NCBI GenBank assembly: GCA_001771135.1 | Contig: MESW01000008.1 | Location: forward strand, 87,630 to 151,629 | Length of the DNA stretch: 64,000 nt | Direction of reading: 5' to 3' | Source: a candidate division CPR3 bacterium GWF2_35_18 | GTDB lineage: Bacteria > Patescibacteriota > CPR3 > GWF2-35-18 | In this document: one piece after another, positions 19,808 to 30,063 of the stretch | How the letters are laid out: each line of letters starts with the position of its first letter | Position numbering within the stretch: the first letter of the stretch is position 1 | Made by a program: the position numbers and the translations under genes | The notes under the pieces: generated by a model | Databases searched by the model: none | What the model saw: only the letters and a program-made list of their open reading frames with translations | Told to the model about the DNA's origin: nothing

Positions 19808-20998
19808 TTACTTTAATTTTAGCTTTGCATAATTACGTTTTCCAGCTCTGATAATGGTTCCGTCTGAAATATTAATTTCTTGATGCCAATCGGAAATTAC
19901 TTTATCTTCTACCGTAACAGCAGATTGTTCTATTAATCTTTTAGCTTCCGATTTACTACTTACTAATTTACAATTCAGAATAAGATCCGTAATATTAGTT
20001 TTTTTGGTAGAAATTAAGCATTCCTTAATTTTATTCGGAATGCCTTTTTCTTGAACTACTCTTTCAAAAGTATTTTCCGCCTGTTGAGCTTCTTTCTTCG
20101 AATGATAAAATTCGGTAATTGTAAAAGCTAGTTTTTTCTTCAGATCCATCGGATTTTCTTCTCCACTCTGGAGTTTCTTTCTCATAACCTCAATTTTTTG
20201 AAGCTCTACATCTGTTAATAAAATAAAATAGTCGATGATCATCTCATCACTAATACGCATTAGTTTTCCGTACATATCCTTGGGATTTTCTGTTAAAGCA
20301 ACATAATTACTGTAAGACTTACTCATTTTGCGACCATCGAGTCCATTAATAATCGGTGTTGTGAGAACCCATTTTTTTTTGTTATGATAAAGTTGTTGTA
20401 GATTTCGTCCCATCATCATATTAAAAGTTTGATCTGTTCCTCCAAGTTCCAAGTCAACGTTCATAGCTACAGAATCATATCCTTGCAGAAGTGGATACAA
20501 AATTTCGTGAGTGAAAATAGGGAGATTTTTTTTAATCCTTTCCTGAAACATATCTCGCTCAATAAGTTGCTGGAGTGTAGTTTTGGCTGCAAGCTGAATG
20601 ATTTCAGGCATTGCTAGTTTATCAAGCCAGTCACCGTTTCGTTTAATCGTTATCTTTTTAAAATCGAGGATTTTACTAGCCTGAGACTTCCAGGTTTTAA
20701 AATTTTCTTCAATTTGAGCATCGGTGAGCATCGGTCTTGTAGAATCTCGGCCTGTCGGATCTCCGATTTTGACCGTTCCGTTTCCAATCAAAAGGATCAC
20801 TTCATGTCCAAGGTCTGCAAACTGTTTTAGTTTTCGTAAGACAACACTATGCCCTAGAGTCAAAAGTGAGCCAGTTGGATCTATTCCTAAATATAACTTG
20901 ATTTTTCTTTTTGCCATTAACTTTTTGAGAGTTTCTTTGTCGGGAAGAATCTGAGCTACTCCTCGAGTGAGGACTTCATCAATATTTATATTTTTCAT
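19808..20998 (-). CDS. tyrS: Tyrosyl-tRNA synthetase
   Basis: [13 protein letters not shown] (HIGH-type), KMSKS, C-terminal S4 domain. 396 aa. Confidence 0.9.
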   Translation of the reverse strand: MKNINIDEVLTRGVAQILPDKETLKKLMAKRKIKLYLGIDPTGSLLTLGHSVVLRKLKQFADLGHEVILLIGNGTVKIGDPTGRDSTRPMLTDAQIEENFKTWKSQASKILDFKKITIKRNGDWLDKLAMPEIIQLAAKTTLQQLIERDMFQERIKKNLPIFTHEILYPLLQGYDSVAMNVDLELGGTDQTFNMMMGRNLQQLYHNKKKWVLTTPIINGLDGRKMSKSYSNYVALTENPKDMYGKLMRISDEMIIDYFILLTDVELQKIEVMRKKLQSGEENPMDLKKKLAFTITEFYHSKKEAQQAENTFERVVQEKGIPNKIKECLISTKKTNITDLILNCKLVSSKSEAKRLIEQSAVTVEDKVISDWHQEINISDGTIIRAGKRNYAKLKLK

Positions 20999-21112
20999 TA
21001 TTTTCTCCTTTTTGAATCAGAATTAGTATATCACTAAATTAATTTTCTTTTAAGAATTTTGTTGTTAGAGCCATTTTGTTTTCATCTTTCAAATATTAGT
21101 TTAAAATATAGA

Positions 21113-21172
21113 GCAAGGGTAGGCACACGATACGTGTACGAGCGTAGTTTAATTGCCTACCCTTGCTTTTTT
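21113..21172. terminator. Hairpin between the unknown protein and tyrS (putative terminator/attenuator)
   Basis: 12-bp stem GCAAGGGTAGGC/GCCTACCCTTGC with a 30-nt loop. T6 follows on the plus strand and U-rich sequence on the minus strand. Confidence 0.4.
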
Positions 21173-21184
21173 GTCATTCCTTTC

Positions 21185-22375
21185 TTACATTCGTGAGAAT
21201 CTCGCGTGAGCTTCTTTAGCAAATTGACTCATGATTTTATAGTTTGCGTTATCATGAATTGAGGAGAGACCAAATGGAATTAAGGTTCTTCCTGTTCCTG
21301 GTTTGAGTAGACCAAACCAGATTTCGGGTGGAGAAATTATTTCCATTAATTTCCCTTGTTGTAATATTGTAGCGCATATCTGAGGTTTGATCACTGTAGG
21401 AATTGCTCCTACAGTCGATAACATCTTTTGTAAGCGAATGTTTTGAGGTTTATTTTTGAGGATAAACCGGATAAAACGAACGTTTTTGAAAAGGCGTTCA
21501 GAGATTTCCTCCAATGTTTGTAGATTAAGATTTTCTTGTGGGAAAACCTCAGCAAACTGGTTTCCATAGGTTTTGATTACGGTTTCATTTTGATTATGAC
21601 CGTTATTAATTGTTCTTGAGCTTATTTCTGGATAACTTTGGGTATTACTTAACCAGATGCCAGAAGCTAGAGTGGCGAGAAGATCGTTTTCGGAATCAAG
21701 ATAAAGAGGTTCAGAATACCACTTTAGAGCTTCAGAATTCCAGAAACGATATGAGATTTGAAAGAATTCTGTGAGAGGAACTCTTTTTGATACTTGCCAC
21801 GCAGTAGCGATGAGGGGTTCAAAACCAAAAGCTGTCATCATCAGATGGTTCATTGCGATAGACAGCATTTGCGGTCCTCCGGGGATAGTATAGCCATTGT
21901 TTACAACCGTGATTCCTGTACGAACTTCAGCCGAAAGTCCGATCGTGGTTTGCACTAGATTCGGATGTTCAAAGAGCTCCCTTATGCTAATGAGTATGGT
22001 TATAGAACCAGGAAAGTCCATAAATTGAGGATTTTTGGCGCAACGAACAACATCCCAGAATAGCTTATTTCTAGTAAGCTGAAAACTGGAAGTAGCAATT
22101 GGGGTATTGTCTGTTTCATCGTAGGAGATCCAGGTTAAGAGTTTCATTTCTCGCATTTCGGCTGCGATTTCTTCTGGTGTTTGTCCGGCCAGAATACCAT
22201 GTCCGTGATGTCCATAAACAGATTCAACTATTTGTTTATGATGAGAGGCAAAAAGTTTCAACTCCTGATTTTGAGTTAAGAGCTTGAGAGAGGAAACGGT
22301 ATGGAAATGCATTCCAGATGCGTTTGCTCTTTGAGTTAATCTTTCAATTTGAGTGGTTAAGATTCCAGTACCCAT
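21185..22375 (-). CDS. Hypothetical protein (396 aa) under T-box control; visibly higher G+C than its neighbours
   Basis: Uninterrupted ORF. AAGGAG RBS 8 nt upstream of the ATG. No family recognised by eye. Preceded by a canonical T-box leader. Confidence 0.6.
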   Translation of the reverse strand: MGTGILTTQIERLTQRANASGMHFHTVSSLKLLTQNQELKLFASHHKQIVESVYGHHGHGILAGQTPEEIAAEMREMKLLTWISYDETDNTPIATSSFQLTRNKLFWDVVRCAKNPQFMDFPGSITILISIRELFEHPNLVQTTIGLSAEVRTGITVVNNGYTIPGGPQMLSIAMNHLMMTAFGFEPLIATAWQVSKRVPLTEFFQISYRFWNSEALKWYSEPLYLDSENDLLATLASGIWLSNTQSYPEISSRTINNGHNQNETVIKTYGNQFAEVFPQENLNLQTLEEISERLFKNVRFIRFILKNKPQNIRLQKMLSTVGAIPTVIKPQICATILQQGKLMEIISPPEIWFGLLKPGTGRTLIPFGLSSIHDNANYKIMSQFAKEAHARFSRM

Positions 22376-22454
22376 TATCTTTCTCCTTTTTTTGTATGGG
22401 GATTGGTTTTTACTATCTCTTTTAGAGATAATGACTTTTGTAAATGTGCAAACA

Positions 22455-22870
22455 AAAAAGCTCGTCCTTAAATAGAAAATTTTCTATTTAAGGACGAGCT
22501 TTTAATGAACTCGTGGTACCACCTTTAATTTCAGGTACAAAAAACACTCCAATTATGGAGTGTCCTGCATTTAATCATTTTATACCTGCTTGTTGATTCA
22601 AGTGCTTGACTTTGCAGTGACACTTTAGCCTTTGATAACGGAGGCATTCCGTCCCGCATTTAGTGCGAGAAGCTCCAGAGGGTATTTCGATTTTTTTACG
22701 TTCTGCAGGTTTTCAGGATTCCCTTGCTTTCTAAAAGTTACCGTAAAATTCTACTATTTCTCTTTCATCGCTTTTATACCGAATTGACTTAAATTGAACA
22801 TCAAAATAACGTTAATTCGGAGATATCCAACTACAATCTTATTATTTAATGAAGTTGAATATATAAAATT
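22455..22870 (-). promoter_or_regulatory. T-box riboswitch leader (tRNA-sensing antiterminator) upstream of the 396-aa unknown protein and tyrS
   Basis: Minus strand AAAUUAAAGGUGGUACCACGAG (complement of 22510-22531) against T-box consensus AAUUAGGGUGGNACCGCG. The antiterminator is AAGG[UGGUACC]ACGAG paired with CUCGU-CCUU, a 7-nt bulge. The terminator GCUCGUCCUUAAAUAG/CUAUUUAAGGACGAGC (22460-22499) is followed by U6. The Stem I start GCGAUGAAAGAGAAAUAGUAG carries a K-turn-like GA motif and an AGUA S-turn. Confidence 0.8.
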
Positions 22871-22876
22871 TGAAAT

Positions 22877-22905
22877 ACTATATCGGAATTTTTTCAATAT
22901 GTCAA
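22877..22905 (-). promoter_or_regulatory. Sigma70 promoter for the T-box leader
   Basis: Minus strand TTGACA-17nt-TATAGT: -35 is the complement of 22900-22905, -10 is the complement of 22877-22882. Lies about 100 nt before Stem I, so a nearer TSS is possible. Confidence 0.5.
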
Positions 22906-23114
22906 CTTGTTAATATTTCAGAAATTTTTTAAAATAGATAATATCTAAAATTGTAACTAATATTTAGTAAATTCGTTGTATAGATAGTAGAATTGTATCT
23001 CGAGTATCAAAAGTGTATAATTTTATCTACATAAACAAGCTAGTAATTAGCTTTTTTGTTTTTATTGACGACACAAAATAATTCGAATTTTAGTTTAAAA
23101 AGCAATAAGATAAC

Positions 23115-25769
23115 ATGGGTTTAATCCCATGTGAGATTTATTATATGATTACTTCAAAAAGAGCCTGGAAACAAACTAAATATAAATTACAGAAGACTTT
23201 GAAACAGCTGTCGCCGATCGAAATTAAATACCGGCCATACAAATCGTATCGGAAAAAAAGTCATACTCGAGTACCTCAAGTATTGGCATTTTTAGCAACA
23301 GCCGCTTTTTTCTTATTCTTAATTGGGATTGTTGGTTCTGCTGGTGTTATCGCATATTTTTCTCGTGATTTACCTTCACCATACAAATTGACCAATAGGG
23401 ATATTGAACAATCAACAAAGATTTATGATCGTAATGGGAAATTACTCTATGACATCTATGGAGATGTTAATCGCACAATGGTGGACCTAGAAACTGTTCC
23501 GCCTGACTTAGTTAATGCGACTTTAGCAGTTGAAGATGCGGATTTCTATATTCATAAAGGTTTATCTATTTCGGGAATTATACGTTCTGCTATTTTGAAT
23601 CTAACCAGTCAAGGACTTTATGGTGGTTCAACCTTGACTCAGCAGGTTGTCAAAAATACTTTATTAACTCAAGAGCGGACAGTACCGCGTAAGATTAAAG
23701 AGATGGTTTTAACCATGCAGGTTGAGAAAAGATATACTAAAGACGAAATTCTAAAAATGTACCTGAATGAAGTCCCCTATGGAGGAACCTCTTATGGAGT
23801 TCAAGCCGCATCTCAACTTTATTTTAATAAAGATGTTAAAGATCTTACCCTAGCTCAATCAGCTCTTCTTGCTGGATTACCGCAATCACCTACGAACTAT
23901 TCTCCTTTTGGAGCTTATCCGGAAAATGCGAAAGCACGTCAGGAAACAGTTCTTAAATTAATGTACGAAAAAGGTTGGAAAGATAAAGACGGAAACCAAC
24001 AAAAAATAACTCAGGAACAGTATGATGCAGCTTTGATTGAAGAGATTAATTACGCTTCAGGAAAAACTCAGATTTTAGCTCCTCATTTTGTCCTTTATGT
24101 CAAAAGCATTTTGGAAGAAAAATATGGAACCAAGTTAGTTGAACAAGGTGGTCTTCAGGTAACAACTTCTCTTGATTATGAAATGCAGAAAATTGCAGAA
24201 GAAGAGGTACGTTTTCAAATAGATAGATTAGCTTCTCAAAATGCAAATGCGAGAAACGGTGCTTTAGTAGCAATAGATCCTCGAACGGGTGAAGTCCTTT
24301 CAATGGTAGGTTCTGTTGATTATTTTGATGCTGCGAATGACGGAAATGTAAATGTAGCTTTGTCTTTGCGTCAACCTGGATCTTCCATGAAACCAATAAT
24401 GTACGCTGCCGCTTTTGAAAAAGGTTATACCGCGGCAACTTTTCTATCGGATATCCAAACTACCTGGCCTGATGGTGCGGGAGGCTATACTCCAAAAGAA
24501 TCAGATGGAAGATACTGGGGGCCGATGTTGCTACGTGAAGCTTTAGCAAACTCTCGTAATGTCCCGGCGGTAAAGATGATGCAGCTTACCGGAGTTCAAA
24601 CTGTAGTTGATCTCTCTCACAAAATGGGAATTACCTCTCTAAATAATCCTGAAAAATATGGTCTCTCTTTAACTTTGGGTGGTGGTGAAGTTCAGCTTCT
24701 TGAGCACACCTCAGCATTTGGAACTTTTGCTAATAAAGGTATCCATCAACCTCATGTTTCAATTCTAAAAGTTGAAGATTCTAAGGGAAAAGTTTTGGAA
24801 GAATTTAAATCAGGTGGTGGTACAAAAGCATTAGATGAGAGCGTTGCTTATTTAGTAACTGATATTTTATCTGATAATCAGGCACGATTAAAACTTTTTG
24901 GGAGCGGAAACTTACTTCAAATAAAAGATTGGCGCGTAGCCGTAAAAACCGGAACTACAGATGATGGACGAGATGCTTGGACTGTCGGATATACTCCAAC
25001 CTTAGTTACTGGAGTTTGGGTTGGTAATAATAATAACGAACCCACGAATGGAATACAGGGGTCTACAGGTGCAACTCCTATTTGGCATTACTTTATGGAA
25101 AAGGTTTTAACAAACCGCGATCGAGGAGAATTTGTAAAACCAGAACAGAACTTCGTTTCTTTACAGGTTGACAGTCTTTCTGGAATGCTTCCTGGTTCAA
25201 GTTCAGAAGGTACACGATGGGAAATTTTTATTAAAGGAACAGAGCCTACCGAGCAAGATAACTTTCATTTAAAAGTAGATGTTTGTAAAGATCAAGGGTT
25301 GCTTGCAACTGAGATTGATAAGAAGTTAGGAAATGTAGAAACAAGGAATTTCAAACAGCTTATTGAAATAAATAGTGATTGGCAGAAATACACTGATGCT
25401 TGGATGAATGCTGTTGGTGGATACAGTAAGGCTCCAACTAAACAATGCAATCCTTATCAAAACTTTACAGAACCGGTGGTTATCATAAAAAGCCCAAATA
25501 ATAATCAAGCAGTACAAAAGAATTTTAGCGTTTCTACTGAAGTTTTTTCTCCCAACACGATCACCAAAGTAGAATTTTATTATGATGATACTTTATATAA
25601 ATCTATCTCTACAACACCATATAGCGTTGATTTTCATCTAGCTAGTGATATTTTGGGAATACATGAAATTATGGTTAAAGCTTATGATTCTAAGGGAGAA
25701 GAAGGACAAGCGAAGATTAATGTTACGGTGAGTACTTCAGAAGCTACTTCTTCCGCAAGCGAAGATTAA
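23115..25769 (+). CDS. Class A penicillin-binding protein (glycosyltransferase + transpeptidase, PBP1A-type)
   Basis: GT51 motifs EDADFYIHKG, GGSTLTQQ, RKIKEM. Transpeptidase motifs SSMKP (SxxK), SRN, KTGTT. N-terminal TM anchor. Confidence 0.85.
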   Translation: MGLIPCEIYYMITSKRAWKQTKYKLQKTLKQLSPIEIKYRPYKSYRKKSHTRVPQVLAFLATAAFFLFLIGIVGSAGVIAYFSRDLPSPYKLTNRDIEQSTKIYDRNGKLLYDIYGDVNRTMVDLETVPPDLVNATLAVEDADFYIHKGLSISGIIRSAILNLTSQGLYGGSTLTQQVVKNTLLTQERTVPRKIKEMVLTMQVEKRYTKDEILKMYLNEVPYGGTSYGVQAASQLYFNKDVKDLTLAQSALLAGLPQSPTNYSPFGAYPENAKARQETVLKLMYEKGWKDKDGNQQKITQEQYDAALIEEINYASGKTQILAPHFVLYVKSILEEKYGTKLVEQGGLQVTTSLDYEMQKIAEEEVRFQIDRLASQNANARNGALVAIDPRTGEVLSMVGSVDYFDAANDGNVNVALSLRQPGSSMKPIMYAAAFEKGYTAATFLSDIQTTWPDGAGGYTPKESDGRYWGPMLLREALANSRNVPAVKMMQLTGVQTVVDLSHKMGITSLNNPEKYGLSLTLGGGEVQLLEHTSAFGTFANKGIHQPHVSILKVEDSKGKVLEEFKSGGGTKALDESVAYLVTDILSDNQARLKLFGSGNLLQIKDWRVAVKTGTTDDGRDAWTVGYTPTLVTGVWVGNNNNEPTNGIQGSTGATPIWHYFMEKVLTNRDRGEFVKPEQNFVSLQVDSLSGMLPGSSSEGTRWEIFIKGTEPTEQDNFHLKVDVCKDQGLLATEIDKKLGNVETRNFKQLIEINSDWQKYTDAWMNAVGGYSKAPTKQCNPYQNFTEPVVIIKSPNNNQAVQKNFSVSTEVFSPNTITKVEFYYDDTLYKSISTTPYSVDFHLASDILGIHEIMVKAYDSKGEEGQAKINVTVSTSEATSSASED

Positions 25770-25783
25770 AATTAAAACTTTTT

Positions 25784-26860
25784 CTAGATAAATTGTTTTA
25801 ATTTACCGTCTTTTTTAAAGTATCCCACAACATCTTTTACTTTAGGTACCTGGTCGCGATGGACAACTACAAGAGCATCTTTAGTATTTACAATTACAAA
25901 ACCATCAAGACCAATTGTCGTCACAATTTTATTTTCATCTTCATTAATAATGATGGAATCTGTCGTTTCGTAGGCATAGGTTAGACCTTTTTCATAGTTT
26001 GAGTTTTTATCTTTTACTAAAGACTCTTTTAAGGCATACAATGTCCCGGGGTCAGCCCAATTCATATTGACAGTAATAACTACCGCTTGTTGAGCCGGGA
26101 CATTCTTGATAATGGCATCATCAAAAGAAATCGCCTCAATTTCAGGATAGATTTTCTTCAAGGTTTTTACTTCGTCTAATGTCCCCATATCAGCTCTAAT
26201 TATACTTAGTTTTTTATACATGTCCGGCTGAAACTTTTCATAGAGTTTAATTGTGGTATTTAGATCAACAATGAAATATCCAGGATTCCAAAACCAATTT
26301 CCATCTTTAAACATTTTTTTACATTTTTCTAATGGAGGTCGGTAATGCCATTCTAAAAATTTGTGAACTCCATCATATACTTTTTCTCCCACATGAATCC
26401 ATCCTAAATTATGATTAGGAAAACGTGGATTTTCTCCTATAAAAACAAGCTGTTTTGGATTTTTCGTAACCAGTTTTTTTCCTAATTTTAAGGCTTTCAC
26501 AAATTCATTGACATTAATCATCGTATGATCTGCCCACAGAATTGCAACCGGTCCAATATACCCAAGTTTTTGTAAACGCATAAAGTTATATCCAATAGCA
26601 GCCGCCACGTCTCGTTTTTCTGGTTCAGCCACAATATTTGAAGAAGGTATTTGCGGAAGCTGTTGTTTAACCATTGATACATAGCTTTCCTGAGTACTGA
26701 TATAGACATTTTCCGTATCAAAATCTTTTTCAACTCTTTCAACCGCTAATTGAAGTGTAGACTTTCCATTAAAGATTTGTCCGAATTGTTTAGGTGAATT
26801 TTTTCTAGACAGAGGCCAGAGACGAGTTCCAGTACCTCCTGCAAAGATGATGATTTTCAT
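25784..26860 (-). CDS. Sugar-phosphate nucleotidyltransferase (mannose-1-phosphate guanylyltransferase-like)
   Basis: N-terminus MKIIIFAGGTGTRLWPLSRKNSPKQF matches the GDP-mannose pyrophosphorylase signature. Confidence 0.7.
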   Translation of the reverse strand: MKIIIFAGGTGTRLWPLSRKNSPKQFGQIFNGKSTLQLAVERVEKDFDTENVYISTQESYVSMVKQQLPQIPSSNIVAEPEKRDVAAAIGYNFMRLQKLGYIGPVAILWADHTMINVNEFVKALKLGKKLVTKNPKQLVFIGENPRFPNHNLGWIHVGEKVYDGVHKFLEWHYRPPLEKCKKMFKDGNWFWNPGYFIVDLNTTIKLYEKFQPDMYKKLSIIRADMGTLDEVKTLKKIYPEIEAISFDDAIIKNVPAQQAVVITVNMNWADPGTLYALKESLVKDKNSNYEKGLTYAYETTDSIIINEDENKIVTTIGLDGFVIVNTKDALVVVHRDQVPKVKDVVGYFKKDGKLKQFI

Positions 26861-26884
26861 GTTTTGTTCTCCTTGGGAAATAGG

Positions 26885-29011
26885 TTACTCTCTAATTTGT
26901 GCTTGATATTCTTTTTTGAGAGTTTGGATAATCTTATGTCTAATAAACTGAGTTTCGGTATTATTTAATGTTTTTTTAGAATTGCGATATTCAATAGTAA
27001 AAGTAACCGATTTTTTGTTATTTCCAAATTTAACGGAATAAAAGGGTCTTTCTTTCAGTGTAACGTTCGATATTTGTTCGTCGACTTCATCGATCTTTTG
27101 TCTTAAAGTTTCCACCGGAAGATTTCCACTCACAATGAAAGATAAATCTTCAAAAAGAGATGGGTAACGAGATAAGGGATGATATCTATTCTTCTCCGGA
27201 ATATTAACTAGCAGTGACTCAAAATCAAGATCAAAAACAGTTGCACATCCATTCATAGAGAAATTGTTACGGACTTCTTTATTCAAGTTTCCAAGGTAAC
27301 CTAAAATGATTTCGGTTGGTTTTTCTTTTGCCATTTGAACTTTCGATTTATACAAATTCCCGGTAGTATTATAAATAAGTAGTTTAATTTGGGCACTTTT
27401 ATTGGGGTCTAAAAATGGTTGTGGATTTTCTTGTAACACGAACTGATAATTAGTAATATCTAGATGATTGAGTAATGTTTCTACGATGCCTTTTACTTTG
27501 TAAAAAGTTTCATTTTGATTCTTACTATAATAAATTCCTGATATTTTCTTTTTTTCTTCAGGAAGTTTTTTTAGTGATAAAGAATGAATTTCTTTTCCTA
27601 TCTCAAAAATTCCGAATTCTTCAAAATTGCGACAATTCACCTCGGCTTTTTCCAAAACTGAAGGAATAATACTATCACGAACATATCGAAGTTCAGGAGA
27701 AATCGGATTTTTAATTGTAAGCATTTTTTGATGGTCGAGTTGAGCTTTCCGGTATAAATATTCACTAACGAAAGAATACGAATAAATTTCATGAAGACCT
27801 AAGAAGGATAGAATCGAAAGAATATTGTTAGAATTTTTTCTTTCAAGATCTTCAGTTACGGGATTGATAGCACGGGTTGGAAGTTGCGGAGTGATTTTGT
27901 CATAGCCATAAATTCTCGCAATTTCTTCGACAAAATCTTCTTCAATCTCAATATCATTGCGGAAGGAAGGAACGGCCAATTTTAATTGATCATCTTTTTC
28001 TTCAACGATTTCAAACTCAAGTCTTTTTAAGATCTTTTTAATTTCAGTATCTTTAATTTCCGTTCCAATTCTTCGTGTGATTTTTTGAGTATTTATAACG
28101 ACTGACTTCTGCTTTGTCTTTTGTGGATAGATATCAATAATTGAAGATACCAGTTTTGCTTTTGCATATTTTTCCAAGAGTTGAATGACATAAACGATCG
28201 CTGGATAAGTCAAATTTGGATCCTGTCCTTTTTCAAATCTTAACGTTGCTTCAGTGTGTAATCCAGTGATTTTTCCGGTTCTCCTTATTGAATATTCGTT
28301 AAAGTTGGCAGATTCAATGACAATTGTTTTGGTATCTTCAGAAATTTCGGTATTCGCGCCACCCATAATTCCGGCAATTCCGATTGCTTTCTCTAAGTCA
28401 GCAATGACAATCATATCTTTTTTCAATTCTCTCTGAATACCATCAAGAGTCGTGATCCTTTCGTTTCGTCTAGCGAGCCTCACAATAATTTCTCGAGTGT
28501 TCCCTTTTTCTTTAATTTTTTCATAATCAAAAGCATGTAAAGGTTGACCCAGTTCCAGCATTACGAAATTCGTAACGTCAACGACATTATTAATCGGCTT
28601 TACGCCGCAAGCAAGTAGTCTTTCTTGAAGCCATAAAGGTGACGGATTTATGTGAATATCTTTAAGAATGACGGCCGTGTACCGTTTACAAAGATTATCT
28701 TCTTTCAAAGTTACTTGTAGTGGTAAAGTCTTTTTGGGAAAAGTGAGTTTTTTCTTATTCAATTTTTCTAAAGGATTTTTGAAGTTTAACCTTTCAATGC
28801 AGGCAATTTCTCGAGCGATTCCGATATGAGAAAAGCAATCAGGTCGATGCGTCAAAGCTTTGTTTTCAATTTCCATGACCACATCTACTCCTCGAAAATT
28901 CTCAATCTTTTCCACCTCAGTTAAAGATACGGATACTCGTTGCGCGAGCTCTTCGGCTTTTCTTTTATCGATATCAACAAATTGTCCAATCCAGTTTAAT
29001 GAAAGTTTCAT
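26885..29011 (-). CDS. pheT: Phenylalanyl-tRNA synthetase beta subunit
   Basis: MKLSLNWIGQFVDI N-terminus and B3/4 and B5 domain layout. Directly downstream of pheS. Confidence 0.85.
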   Translation of the reverse strand: MKLSLNWIGQFVDIDKRKAEELAQRVSVSLTEVEKIENFRGVDVVMEIENKALTHRPDCFSHIGIAREIACIERLNFKNPLEKLNKKKLTFPKKTLPLQVTLKEDNLCKRYTAVILKDIHINPSPLWLQERLLACGVKPINNVVDVTNFVMLELGQPLHAFDYEKIKEKGNTREIIVRLARRNERITTLDGIQRELKKDMIVIADLEKAIGIAGIMGGANTEISEDTKTIVIESANFNEYSIRRTGKITGLHTEATLRFEKGQDPNLTYPAIVYVIQLLEKYAKAKLVSSIIDIYPQKTKQKSVVINTQKITRRIGTEIKDTEIKKILKRLEFEIVEEKDDQLKLAVPSFRNDIEIEEDFVEEIARIYGYDKITPQLPTRAINPVTEDLERKNSNNILSILSFLGLHEIYSYSFVSEYLYRKAQLDHQKMLTIKNPISPELRYVRDSIIPSVLEKAEVNCRNFEEFGIFEIGKEIHSLSLKKLPEEKKKISGIYYSKNQNETFYKVKGIVETLLNHLDITNYQFVLQENPQPFLDPNKSAQIKLLIYNTTGNLYKSKVQMAKEKPTEIILGYLGNLNKEVRNNFSMNGCATVFDLDFESLLVNIPEKNRYHPLSRYPSLFEDLSFIVSGNLPVETLRQKIDEVDEQISNVTLKERPFYSVKFGNNKKSVTFTIEYRNSKKTLNNTETQFIRHKIIQTLKKEYQAQIRE

Positions 29012-29017
29012 AATAAA

Positions 29018-30058
29018 TTAAAATTGTTTTAAAAATCTTAAATCTCCGGCATGAAAGTGTCGGATATCTTCAATACCGTATTTGAGCATGACGAGTCTAT
29101 CTAAACCCATTCCCCAGGCAAATCCGGAATATTTTTTTGGATCTAACCCAGCCATTTCGATTACTTTTGGATGTGTGAGTCCGCAGGGAATTAGCTCTAA
29201 CCATCCAGAATGTCCACAGGTCGAGCAAGGAATTTTATCTTTTTCCCCTTTTCCATCACACATGACACAAGAAACCAAAAATTCCAATCCCGGTTCTACA
29301 AAAGGAAAATATGAAGGTTGAATCTTATAACGTAGCTCTTTCTGGAAATATTCTTGTAAAAATGTCAAAATCGTACCGATTAGATGGCTGAGGTTTATAT
29401 TTTCACCGATATATAATCCCTCAACTTGATAAAAGGTGTGTTCATGATGGGCATCTGTGGCTTCATGTCTAAAACAACGGCCGGGAACAATAACGCCAAA
29501 AGGAGGCGTTTTCTCTTTCATAGCTCTATTTTGCATTGAAGAAGTATGGGTAATCGGAATTAGGTCATTTTCGGTCCAGAATGTATCCCACATGTCACGA
29601 GCAGGATGTTGTGGAGGTAAATTCAGACTCGTAAAGACATGGTAATCATCATCAATTTCATTTGGATTTAAGATCTCAAAACCCATTTTTTGGAATATTT
29701 TTTCTACCTGAAGTCGTACTTGAGTGATTGGATGTAAAGTTCCAATGTTAAATTTTTCTCCTGGGAGAGTAATGTCAAAAAAAGAATTTTCAGAGTTAGT
29801 TATTTGTCCTAAAGTTTTCTCTTTTTTGTCAAAAGCAATCGTAAGGGCGTTTTTAACTTTATTAATTAAAGGTCCAATCTCTCTTTTTTCGGCAATTGAA
29901 AGATCTGGGATATTCTTCATAAGTAAGGTTAATTTACCTTGTTTCCGACCCATATATTCAACCCTTAATGCTTCAAGCGCTTCTCCATTTGTGATTTTTT
30001 CAATTACGCTTATGGCCTGATTGTATATATTATCAATTTCATTTTTCATAAGAGGCAA
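29018..30058 (-). CDS. pheS: Phenylalanyl-tRNA synthetase alpha subunit (with Cys4 insertion)
   Basis: Class II motifs. FAWGMGLDRLVMLKYGIEDIR is motif 3. Insertion CVMCDGKGEKDKIPCSTCGHSG. Confidence 0.9.
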   Translation of the reverse strand: MPLMKNEIDNIYNQAISVIEKITNGEALEALRVEYMGRKQGKLTLLMKNIPDLSIAEKREIGPLINKVKNALTIAFDKKEKTLGQITNSENSFFDITLPGEKFNIGTLHPITQVRLQVEKIFQKMGFEILNPNEIDDDYHVFTSLNLPPQHPARDMWDTFWTENDLIPITHTSSMQNRAMKEKTPPFGVIVPGRCFRHEATDAHHEHTFYQVEGLYIGENINLSHLIGTILTFLQEYFQKELRYKIQPSYFPFVEPGLEFLVSCVMCDGKGEKDKIPCSTCGHSGWLELIPCGLTHPKVIEMAGLDPKKYSGFAWGMGLDRLVMLKYGIEDIRHFHAGDLRFLKQF

Positions 30059-30063
30059 AAAGT

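Noticed and set aside
21001-21184. Second T-box directly upstream of tyrS.
   Set aside because: Only 184 nt, with no GGUGGNACC-like element. It contains only a hairpin.
22376-23114. 740-bp non-coding gap considered as a housekeeping ncRNA (RNase P RNA, tmRNA, SRP RNA, 6S).
   Set aside because: No RNase P P4, SRP domain IV or tmRNA tRNA-like/tag signatures. The minus-strand sequence instead shows a complete T-box leader, promoter and terminator.
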